Source: Balanoglossus misakiensis (taxonomy: Eukaryota; Animalia; Hemichordata). Taken from it: 64,000 nucleotides of DNA. The position numbers and the translations under genes were made by a program. Shown here in pieces: positions 24,975 to 36,400 of the stretch (position 1 is its first letter; every line of letters starts with the position of its first letter). The notes below the pieces were generated by a model. It saw only the letters and a list, made by a program, of their open reading frames with translations, was not told the DNA's origin and did no database searches. Location of the stretch: positions 13,827,834-13,891,833 of the forward strand of contig CM082579.2 of assembly GCA_040954595.2 (NCBI GenBank). Direction: 5' to 3'.

Positions 24975-25627
24975 AATGTGGGCGACTTTTCTGTGATCTG
25001 TTATATTATACGCAGCTACATGGTAGTTTCAATATAATAAATAGTATATACTTGTGGCTTGGACACTCCTCTTTCGTCCGTTTCCTTATTGACGCAAACC
25101 AGTGGGGGGAGTGGGGATTGAGGTTTGAGGATTGGGGATTTAGGTGGGGGAATCTTTGAGGAGAGTTTTATAAATAATGAATATCGCGGGCAAATGGACA
25201 ACATCAGGCTCTTTAACCCATTCCTTATAATAATAGGTATATCATTGAGCGGAGTGATTAGGCTTTAAATATTATATTATTCAAAGCCTTATCACATAGC
25301 GAGATTATTACGCCATGAATATTCATAAGACCAGTGTATATAAGTAAGAAGAGAATGCCACTTGTGGCCAATCCCTTGCTTCCAGACTTATAGAAGTTAA
25401 GATGTAATTAGGATCGAGTACCCAGGAGGGGGATAAGGTGACTATGTAGGAGGAAGTGGGGATCGGGTAAGGTGTTCGCCCACCCGCCCACCCCCTTTTT
25501 ATCATTTCGCTCATGATTACCAACATCAGGCTCTTTAACCCATTCCTTATAATAATAGGTATATCATTGAGCGGAGTGATTAGGCTTTAAATATTATATT
25601 ATTTAATGCATATGCATGGGTATTTAA

Positions 25628-26421
25628 GATGGGTCCCCCGGTTCTTTTTGCTCGTTGCTATGGGCCTTTGTAGGACATTACACCCCGATTTGGGCTAAGC
25701 CGTTTTCAGAGTCTAACACGGGGCCGGTAACTAGTTAAAAATCTGCACGATTGTGAGCGCGCGCCCCCTGACGCCATTGATATGCAAATTAGCTAGGTCA
25801 AATTTCAAAAGCCTAATGCTTTTTATTCCGTGACCTCAAAAACGAACTCGATACGTATTCATTAGTTGCTTGAACCAGGGAAGATCGTGACGGATTTTGA
25901 TTTCGAATATTATCGTTGTATCCTACGATTTCAGCATACCCGTACCACACCTGAAAAAGTCATCGATTTTGGGTGATTTTGGACACACTCTTCCACCGGT
26001 ATCGCTTCTTAGCACGACGAAAACCGAAAAAACGATCCGTCACACTGTGCGGAAGTGCGTTCTCAACAAGCAGGTCAAATTTGACTGGCGTACGTGGCCT
26101 ATGAAAAAAGCCTTAGGGATTTTCGTGAACGGTACAAAATCTCTGTGTACAAAACATTGGATTTTTAGCGTTCGATCCAGTTACTCTGGTTACAGGACGC
26201 GCACGCCATCCTGACCGCTGCTTTGCCGTATTAGCGTGGCGGCCTATGACCGGGCGGTAGCTGCCGTAAACATACTCGGACAGGGGGTGTGCACACAATC
26301 GTGTGTATTTTTAACAAGTTACAAGCCCCTTGTCGGACGTTCATAACGGTTTCGATCAAAATTGAGTGTAGTGTCCCATAAAGGCCCATAGCAACGAGCA
26401 AAAAGATACGGGGGACCCATC
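25628..26421. mobile_element. 794-bp Kolobok-type non-autonomous element (MITE)
   Basis: ~56-bp TIRs GATGGGTCCCCCG.../...CGGGGGACCCATC; TTAA at 25624-25627 and 26422-26425; no credible ORF. Confidence 0.85.
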
Positions 26422-26661
26422 TTAAAGCATGTTGAGATTTATCGTGTAATGTGCTATATAAGTAATAAATATTGTGTACAATAACACTTGTTTTATTGGA
26501 GTTTAAATGGAGCTGGGATCGAGGATGTGGGAGTTGGTCCTGGGACGAGGCTACCTCGTGGTTTTTTGCCCAGACGGACAGCGGACATTTTCTATGACGC
26601 TCGCCGAAACTGCTTTAATTTCGATCTTTCCCGGACATACCCCCAATAGTCACCAGTTACA

Positions 26662-27651
26662 ATGTCAGAAGATTACAGCTTTGTTGAATGGTGTGAAGCG
26701 GCGGGTCTTTCAAAAGACACTATCAGCTCACTAACCACCTCCCAGGTCACATCCTCCGAAGTACTGTAGTGCCTCAGCGACCAAGACATTGTCGACCTAC
26801 AACTACACATCGGTCAACATGGACTGCTTCGCCAGTTGCGAAACAAACTATGCTCTCAAAAAGCGGAATCCAAGCCCGTGGACACGCCGAAGCCCACCGG
26901 CGAGGCCACCAAAGAGGTAACCACACAAGACTTGGCAAAAAACAAGGCACTGAATGAGCTCCTCGAAGCCCTAGGCAACGATGCCCTCAAAGACGTCCTG
27001 TCCGACCAACCACAGGCCACAAACGCAAAGCCAGCCCCCGGGAAAGGTGAGCGAAAACCCCTACTAATTCCGGACTATGTCACCACGAAAAAGGGTTCGT
27101 TCGATCAACCAGACGAAACTGAACTGGCCGCCGACGGAGACACAAAATTAGTTATGCGAACAGCAAAACAACGACCGCGACCGGACCAAGTTTCACTGCC
27201 ACAGTGGATATCAGCCAATGCCCGCATTTTAAAGGCACTGATCGCCCGCGGTATGTCCACGGAAGAGACACTGGCATATCTCGATCATACAATTAATATT
27301 GGTGACTACACTCAATCATTCACAATCCCATCGGTCCTGACTTACGATCACGAGTGCAGGAAAAAGCAGGCTGCCGATTCGCTCGCGTGGGGAGCCGTAG
27401 ACCTTCACCTGTCACTCTATCACCTTGATGAGCGGCAAGTCGCGCCTCAGCAAAAAGGGAAAAATACCACAGGCAACTCCAAAGGTCGCAGTTATGATTC
27501 GAAAGGCTAGGAAATTTGCTTCGATTTCCAAAACCCACCGGGCTGCAACCGCACCTACTGTCGTTTTGCGCACATATGCATCGAGGACGGGTGCCACAAA
27601 GATCACCCACAACACCGCCACAAATCGCTAACTTCGAACAATCATGCCTAG
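26662..27651 (+). pseudogene. gag: Ngaro ORF1 (gag-like, C-terminal CCCH finger) with premature stops
   Basis: ATG 26662 MSEDYSFVEWC...; in-frame TAG at 26767 and 27508; GERKPLLIPDYV; ICFDFQNPPGCNRTYCRFAHIC after the second stop. Confidence 0.8.
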
Positions 27652-29452
27652 GATAAGGTTGCTAGCCCTCTTACTGATCACCTGGCAACGTGGAATGATG
27701 AACTGGAAAATGACATGGATCGCGACTTCATACTCAACGGTTTAAAATTTGGTTTCGATATCATTACCCCTGGTACCCCCCTTCAAAACGTGGACAGAAA
27801 AAAACTATGCGTCATGCTCTGACCCTGCTAATCGCAAGGCAGTCGAGGAACAAATTATCCATGAGGTTGATGTGGGTAATTACCGTGTCACAGCGGAGAA
27901 GCCTCAAATAATTAGCAGTTTAGGTGCCATCCCCAAGAAAAACTCTGACAAAGTCAGACTCATACACGACTGCAGCCGCCCAGTAGGAGGCGGTGTCAAC
28001 GCGTACGCTTCTACTTCAACTTTTAAATATGAAACTATAGATCACGTGGTGCAACTGTGCAAAGTTGGTTCATATCTCGCGAAAGTGGACTTGAAGTCAG
28101 CGTACCGTTCGGTCCCTATAAGCACGGACTCGCAGCGAGCTACAGGTCTCCGCTACAAATTTTCAGGACAGAATACCTCTACTTATATGGTGGACACCAG
28201 GCTACCATTCGGGGCAGCCAAAAGCCTAGAAATTTTCACCCGCATAACGCAAAGCGTCACCAGAATGATGTGCAGAAAAGGGTACCAGGCGGTAATTGTT
28301 TATCTTGATGATTTTCTGATTATAGCGGACTCCAAATTTGCTCGCGAGCAAGCATTTCTGGCTTTATTACAACTTTTACAGAATCTTGGCTTCACAATAA
28401 ACTGGGACAAAGTGGTAAACCCAACACAGCAGCTGACATTTCTTGGCATAGAGATAAATGCACGCACACGGACGCTTTCCCTCAATAAGGGCAAATTACA
28501 GGACTTGAGCGACCTTTTGCAACACTGGCTTCCTAAGCGGCGAACAACCAAACACGAACTCCAACAACTACTTGGCAAACTCAACTGGGCAGCACGGGTT
28601 ATTCGCGGCGGACGCACATTTTTGAGACGTCTTATTGACTTGTCAAACTCAGTTTCACAGCAGTCTCATCACATACGCCTTCACAGGCACGCGAGAGCGG
28701 ACATCCAATGGTGGACAAATCTGAGCAAAATTTTCAATGGTACGGCTTTCTTCATTGAGGAGACTCCGTTGCCCCAACAGGTTTTCTCCACTGATGCATG
28801 CGCAATAGCGGGAGCAGGTATTTTCGCGAATGACTGGTTTTATACACAGTGGTCGGCCGACCACCCTATCTTGGCAGACATGCACATCAACTTACAGGAA
28901 CTGTATACAGTCCTGATTGCATGCAGGCGATGGTGTTGTTTCTGGGACAAACGCCACATAGTGGTATATACAGACAATACCACAACCATGTACGCCATTA
29001 ACTCTGGTACATCCCGCAACAAAGCGGCTATGGAATGGCTTCGCGAGTTGTTCTGGCTGTCGGCACTATTTAATTTCCACATCACAGCCCGATACGTGAG
29101 CACCAAGGACAACAGCGCAGACTCCTTATCGCGTTTACACTCTGCCAAACACTACTTCACAGCAGTGAACCTTCTCGCCAATCACCAGCTACACCCGCTA
29201 AGAGATTGGTATCGCCATATGACGGATGCTTCTTACTCTCTTCTACTTCAGGGCCTGTGCAGCAACAGTTACACCAGCTGGATATGGACATCGGCAAATA
29301 CAAGCACGCAGCATATGCAGAATCAACAAAGAAAACATACAGCTCTCAACGTACTGCCTACCTCCGGTTTTGTCTCTACTTCGGCCTCAGGCCTGTGCCC
29401 TGCACGCAACTCACCGTCTGCAGATACATTGTCTTCCTGGCTCGGTCACTAA
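27652..29452 (+). pseudogene. pol: Ngaro RT/RNase H, one frameshift at A7 run 27798-27804
   Basis: RLIHDCS, KVDLKSAYR, RLPFG, YLDDF, TDAC, INLQEL, TDN, ADSLSR motifs. Confidence 0.9.
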
Positions 29453-30252
29453 AACCTAGTAGCCTCCCAGGATATTTGAACATTATTAGACTCTTACATG
29501 CTGAAGCTGGCTACGCCAACCCTTTAGAGAACAACTGGCTCCTTTGTATTTTGAAGCGGGGCATAGCTAGGACTCACAGGGTCCCACCCAGCCAAAAACT
29601 GCCAATCTCGCCTTCAATACTGAAGGACATTCACTCACACCTGGATCTGTCAATCCCCTTCAATGCCACATTTTGGTGCGCTTGTCTTTTCGCATTTTTC
29701 ACCTTCGCCAGAAAGTCCACATTGTTGTTAAAAGATCAAACACTGCCAAATTCCAGTAAGTAATTGCGCAGAGATGATGTGTCCGTTCACAACGGTCTGG
29801 CTACCATTACGGTCCGCCACACAAAAACTATCCAGTATGGCCAACGAGTACTAGAGTTGCCCCTTCAACAAATTGCCAACTCCTGCCTATGTCCGGTGGC
29901 ACCTTTCCACCAGATGCTTCATCTCTCCCCATCAGAGGAACCTCATACCCATTTATTTTCATATCGACCATCAGTCAATGCACCCACATCCTGCCCTCAG
30001 GTTCTCACTCATTCAAAGTTTACAAAGACACTCAGACTAGTCCTGAGCAATTGTGGCTACAAACCATCCCTGTATTCGGGTCATTCATTTCGCAGGGGAG
30101 GGGCAACATTTGCGGTGAACTTGGGTATTCCCCCTCTTCTCATCAAATTACAAGGCGGCTGGAGCTCAAATGCCTTCAAACGCTATACTGTCATTTCCTC
30201 GGAAACCAAATGTAGAGTCGCCAAATCCCTGGCGTTAGCCTTATCAGATTAG
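29206..30252 (+). pseudogene. Ngaro tyrosine recombinase with in-frame stop at 29761-29763
   Basis: FARKS, HTKT, CPV, GHSFRRGGAT, GGWSS..F..Y; two same-frame ORFs separated by a single TAA. Confidence 0.9.
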
Positions 30253-30789
30253 TAAGGGCGCTAGCACGCACTGCCTGTGTTGGGGGTATTGTTTGGCGGT
30301 TTTTCAGGCTATTTAGCCGGTCAACATGAGAAATTAAACTAGTTGACCTTTACCCCCAACACTTGTGTCTGTTTTATTAGTTTGTTAGTGATAGTAGTGT
30401 TGCCATTTAAGTGTACAATAACACTTGTTTTATTGGAGTTTAAATGGAGCTGGGATCGAGGATGTGGGAGTTGGTCCTGGGACCAGGCTACCTCGTGGTT
30501 TTTTTGCCCAGACGGACAGCGGACATTCCCCACCCTCCCTCCCATTGTTTAAAAAAATACGATAATGTTATTAAAAGTTAAGAGCTTTATCGTTAGAAGC
30601 GCTTTTAGTGTTACATGCTTCGCCTCTGCATTCTGTAATTCCTGTTCTGGCGGTTTTTCAGGCTATTTAGCCGGTCAACATGAGAAATTAAAATAGTTGA
30701 CCTTTACCCCCAACACTTGTGTCTGTTTTATTAGTTTGTTAGTGATAGTAGTGCTGCCATTTAAATATTAATATTATTACATAAACGAC

Positions 30790-31975
30790 ACTCTTACTTA
30801 GCATAGGAATTGGTCAGGTGAACTATATTCGCAGAGCTGACCAATTGTTTAAGTAAAATTCAAGTTGGGTAATATGGACGTATCCACATTTACAAACTGT
30901 GCTATGTATGGGATAGTGATGTTGCCTAATTTGAACGTCTCCACATTTACTTGAATTCTAGTAGTAGCTAAACAAGGCTGCCTATAAAAAGATCATTGTG
31001 AAACATACACAACACTTTTATTGAGCATGGGAAATGTTAATGAGAACTGTGTTCTCGGAGCTCACAAACAGTGTTATGGGAAATTCAAGCTGCTAAACTT
31101 GCATGTCTCTACATTTACTGAAATTCTGATTATGAGCTAAATAAGGCAATGTATGGGAATGTCATTTTACCGCATACTGTCACACAACATTCCTATTTAG
31201 CATGGGAAATAGTCTTAAGAACAGTATTCTCAGAGTTGACAAACTGTGTTATGTGTAGGATATTCAAGTTGCCTAATTGACAATTGTTAGCAACCAGTTG
31301 TCTTCAAGAAGGTTTGGGGCACCAACCTCAACGTGCTTTATTCTCACTACATTTAGGTACCCAGGTATGCTAGATGGTTTTAGTGATCTATAAAGTTACC
31401 TTGTATATTGAGCAACTGTTAACTTGGAGTGTTGCTCAATGATAGGAAAGTCCTTTGTTCATTTTCAAAAATGTGAACAAAACACACTGAGTTATGTACG
31501 GGATATTGATGTTGCCTAATTTGCATGTCTCCACATTTACTTAAACTCTAAAAGGGAGACAAATGTCGCAGCAGAGGGAAAATAATTATGCCACACGCAA
31601 CACATTTATTGAGCATGGGAAATGTTCATGAGAACTGTCTTATGAGAATTCTCAGGGCTCACAAACTGTGTTATAGGAAATCTGACAAGGAATCCAAACT
31701 GTAACACATACACAACATTGTTATTTAGCCTGGGAAATGGTCCTGAGAATAATATTCTCAGAGTTGACAAACTGTGTTATGTGCATGTTATATTGATGTT
31801 GTCTAATTTGTACGCCTGTACATTTATTAATACTCTGACAGTGAGCTTAATAACGCAGCGCCGGCTAAGGTCATGTTGCCATGTACACAACATTTTTAAT
31901 TAGCATAGGTAATGGTCATGATAACTTCATTTGCAGAGCTGTCAAACTGTGTTATGTGAAATTCATGTTGCCTTT
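30790..31975. repeat. Old degenerate ~175-bp tandem repeat
   Basis: AGCATGGGAAATG...GAGTTGACAAACTGTGTTATG-like motif at ~31024, 31199, 31612, 31727, 31902 (175-bp spacing twice). Confidence 0.7.
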
Positions 31976-33424
31976 TTCGTGATGATGGCTTGTGGTACAC
32001 AAGGGTTAACAGCAATCAGCAATTGCTTGTATGAAGGGTATGATGATTGGTTTACAAATGTGAATGGTATAATAATGGGCAACACACGTGGAAGGGTTTA
32101 ATAAACAGTTAACAAATGTGGTGATGGTTTGCGGTAAAATTGAGTGTACACAGATTATAATGGGCCAAACAATGAGTATAATAAAGATAATTGCACTGTG
32201 CATGTCCCGCACTTTGGCCCCCCACTATTGTATTTTCGACACCCTTACATACCTTTTAATGATGGTGAAGGGTTTTATGTGAATGGTGTAATAAAGGTTA
32301 ACAAATGTGGTGATAGCTTTGGTGTACAGGCTGTAAATATTGATAGTAATGACAAAGGTATAATAATAAAAGCTTAAATAAGTGTCGGGGTATACTCATC
32401 ATGATGGTTCGTTCATTGGTTAATGTGTATATTTTATGAATAACATGCTATTGTTTCTCAGATAGTTCATAATCAGGATTTCTCCATGCACATCGTCATC
32501 ATGATTCAGTGGAATTCTTCGGAATGGTACCTGTGATCATTTTCACGCACCGACACACTGTACGCGGCAGACAGGCAGAAAATATTAACACGTAACTCGC
32601 ACGCATAATGTTAAATCTAAACGACTATATGTTAGGTTAGCTTCAACTCCCCACCCCATCCACATTCCACATTTAGCTTGCAGTGAGGTTTTGGGGTAGT
32701 ACCGATTGGGAAACTTCAAGGTTCATTCACTGTATCAAATATTGGATTTGTCACACTGTGTCTGGGGTGGGTAAAACATGGAGAAATGTTGTCAGTAAAC
32801 TTTAACCAGGCAGGTCACATGAAAGGAAGATTTTATTGTTTGAGTTCGATGACATACATGATAAGATTTGTCACTTTTGACACCTTTTTGCAATTTGACT
32901 TAGACGCAGATGTATCTTTTCATTTGGACACTGTTATGTTTACTGACTCGGTGAGATCAGGTAACGTTTTGTGTAACTCTTTTAATGAGAAACTTCAACT
33001 GGAACACGAACACAACAACTGTACGTTCTGCTAGTACAAGATGGCAGCCATGAACGCAGGGAAAAAACATGACCTTACAATGTCATATAAACTCTGCTAG
33101 AGGGCGCTCTATCAAAGCATTGCATGTGGTATGCTATAGTGGGTTATATGCATATCATAACATCCCCCTCCTTAAGCTGGATAGCAAACTTGTGAAAAGT
33201 GTATTGCGATAAATGTTCAGACACAGAGTCCATAATGTTCTATCAACTGAGAGTTCCTATCAGTCTATGAATTCATGCAGACAGTGTTCATTGTAATGTT
33301 CAAATAACGCTAAAGTTTTGACACTGGGAATAACACCAACACTGTGAAATGTACTGCAAGATTTTCAGCTTTGTGAAATGTTTTAACAAGAATGCAACAT
33401 CAACAACTAATGGTCTCTGGTGAT

Positions 33425-36400
33425 TCACGAGAGTACAAAATCATCGAATTTGCTCGGTAGTTTACTGTTCCGCTTTGGGCGATCCACAGAACAAGGAGCA
33501 AGTGTTTCTTGAGCGGTGTCTGCCTTGAGTGCACATCTGACATCTGGCTGGCGATCACCTGTTTCATCAGTTGCAGTGCGGCTGGATGCTGCATTGTGGT
33601 GCGTGGGCTTTACATGAACTAAATCATGCTGATATTGAACTCCCTCCGGGGTCCGGATGGTGTATCTGCGATCAGACGACTTGTCAATCACCGTAGCTGG
33701 TTGCCAGGTTGACTTTGGTGTCTTCTGAAATCTGCATGGGGAGCCAATATGGAGTGGCATTTTTTCAGCATGTCCTCCATGAGGTATGTAAGAGGTCAAA
33801 ACTCGGTAGTCTGCACCAGGTTCTGCGCCAGGCGCATTTTCATAAAAGGGAACTCTGCGCCATGTGTTTGCACCATGCATTCTGCGCCACCCTTTGCGCC
33901 AAGCGATCTGCGCCACCCTATTCACGTACGTGCATGTGTAGGATGGACGGTAACAACGCAGCGTCCCAGTACACGCACAATATACACGTTTGTACATTAC
34001 ATGTTTATTTCAAATGAAAGGTAATTAAAAAGAACTTTTGTACAGCGTGTAATTTCTGAAAATTGTTGAGAAAAAAAAAGTAAATTCAAGTTCGTTCGCG
34101 GGCTGAATGGGTTAACAGGAACAGTTGGTTTCCTGGAAACTACTGATAACTTCGTAAACAACGTTCAGTCTATTATTTCTTCAGAAAACCGTTGAGAGAT
34201 GATTGTTTTAGGGAACATCGCTTCTGCACAATGGCGTTCGGTCATCGATTTCAAATTCTGGATTTCGGTGAGATAGCGAGTCGCCATCTGGGTCGACGTT
34301 TTCAGTGTTGTCACTCATGTTTTACTGTCATAATTAATATTCACCGATAAGATTAATAAATCGCCGCCCTAGTCAACACTACGTGGCCTCACTGTAGGTT
34401 GTATTGTTTACATCAGAGATTCACACCTCGCCAAGGGGTGGCTTATCAGTAAATTGCTAACGAAGTGTTGACAAACCGTCGTCTTGACTATTGTTCGGAA
34501 GACAGGAAAACCAAAATTAGCACATCGTTGCGGTAATTTTTGATGAAAGACATGATGTCAAACTTTTCAATGAAGTGATCGGTTGAATTTGAGGGGTGGG
34601 ACCGACCAACGCTGTCGGTGTTCGAAGTGGCAATGATCACTTTACGTGATGTCATCACGAGAATGCGTCGCGTTATCGACCAAAATTCGTGTAATAACCC
34701 CTTTATCGTACATGCCTACCTATAAAACAGTACGATTTGCGAAAATGCACCGAGAAAAACAATTTCACGGCCAGAAATTTGAACAGGACGTCCTGAGATC
34801 ACAGCAGTAGCCCATAGCCAAGTGAAACTGGGCGATGCGATCAGGTGATCAACGTGTAGGCAGTAGTATCATTCTAAGGGGCTGGCAGCTTCAATTACGA
34901 TGGGCACATCCGCATTCTGAATAAAATTGTCTACGTTCTCTTTCCAAATAACAAGTTAACAATTATTTTGCATTGAGAAATACGACGCAAGAAAAATGAT
35001 ACATTCAACATGGCAAAACCACCAGGTTTGAAAACGTTATTACATGCTTTATTTTTATCGATCGTCCATCAATGGTCCCCTAGGACTGCGAGGCGAACGC
35101 GAACGAGACCCAGGCTCCACTGGGACGCCGCGTTGTTGCCGTCCATCCTACACATGCACGTACGTACGCAGATCGCTTGGCGCAAAGGGTGGCGCAGAAT
35201 GCATGGTGCAAACACATGGCGCAGAGTTCCCTTTTATGAAAATGCGCCTGGCGCAGAACCTGGTGCAGACTACCGAGTTTTGACCTCTTACATACCTGCC
35301 TCCATTTGAGTTTGCTCGCTGCTCGATTCTGTCTCTGTAGACATCTGAGGCTGGTTGATGACCGTACCGGTACTGTATGAATGGAAGATTTGTCTCCACC
35401 TTTCTGCCGGGGAACATCAACGCGAATGGAGACGGAACGTCTGCTGTGATGGGTGTATCACGTAGCGTTGTGAGGATTTCTCTCAGGTTTTCCTCTCCTT
35501 TCTTGAGCGACTTTTAAGCATGGCTTTCACCGTGCCTCTTCCTGCACGCCCATTCGCTTGTTGGTGATAGGGTGCACTGGTGGAATACCATATTTCATGG
35601 GATCTGCAGTACTCGTGGTATCATTCCTCACTTATGAGTTGTGAGCCGTTGTCGGAAATCAATTTCTCGGGGTAGCCGAAATTGGAGAAAATTTCGTCTA
35701 GCTTGCCAATGACTGTTGAGCTTCGTGTGTTGGGTAGCTTGTTTGCCCAGACGAAACCTGTGTAGTAGTCAACGCTAAGCAGGTACTGAGATGACTCAAA
35801 CTCGAATAAGTCGCTGCCAATCGTCTGCATGGCTTCAATGCTGTGGATTGGTTGTACTGGAAGCTTGGTTTGGCTTCGCTGATATGACATGATATGATAT
35901 GATATTGGTTACAGTCGCGTACCATGTTTTCGATGTCTGCGTTCAGACCGGGCCAGTACACTGATTGTCGGGCTCGAAGTCTGGTTTTCTCGACACCTTG
36001 GTGCTGTTGGTGAAGTACTTGTAGGATGTGTTGACTCATACTGGACGGTATGACGATTCTGTGACCTTTCAGCACAACACCCTTAGAGCGATGCTGTCAG
36101 TATGCGTGGGCTGTTTCGTTGCACTGGTTCTTCTCTTTCGGCCATCCGTTTGTTATGTACACAGACAATGACTGAAGAACTGAGTCAGCGTCAGTCAGTT
36201 GGCGGATCCGATCTATGACAAAGGGCTTCATAGTGGAAATTTCGTGCACATGAACATCAACATCAGGAAACTGATATGTGGTCTGCTTCGTGTCTACGCA
36301 TATGGAAAAACAGTCGGCGAGTGGTACGTCCTGACCTGGGACGTAATGGATAGCGTACTTGTATCCCTGTATGTGTAGAATCAGTCTCTGCAGCCTAACT

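Larger units (their letters stand above)
19128..25603 (+). mobile_element. PAT-like (DIRS order) tyrosine-recombinase retrotransposon, apparently intact, split direct repeats A1-ORFs-B1-A2-B2
   Basis: A1 19128-19236 = A2 25282-25390 (109 bp); B1 25199-25281 = B2 25521-25603 (83 bp); gag, RT-RH-MT and YR ORFs uninterrupted; satellite continues on both sides across a shared TATT. Confidence 0.93.
26474..30764 (+). mobile_element. Ngaro-type tyrosine-recombinase retrotransposon, full length but mutated
   Basis: A1 26474-26589 ~ A2 30411-30527; B1 30294-30410 ~ B2 30648-30764; ORF1, RT/RH without MT, overlapping YR. Confidence 0.92.

Noticed and set aside
16986-26421. piggyBac assignment for the two TTAA elements
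   Set aside because: Termini start AG and GA (purines), not the CC/YY ends of piggyBac.
19128-30764. Bacterial prophage, retron or RT + integrase defence system
   Set aside because: Split direct repeats, gag zinc fingers, RT-RNase H and YR organisation are fully explained by DIRS-order retrotransposons.
33425-35420. ORFs 33425-33997, 33709-34024, 35010-35309, 35148-35420 as genes
   Set aside because: Chimeric read-throughs of TIR sequence and the Gypsy integrase tail; the duplicated peptide simply reflects the inverted repeats.
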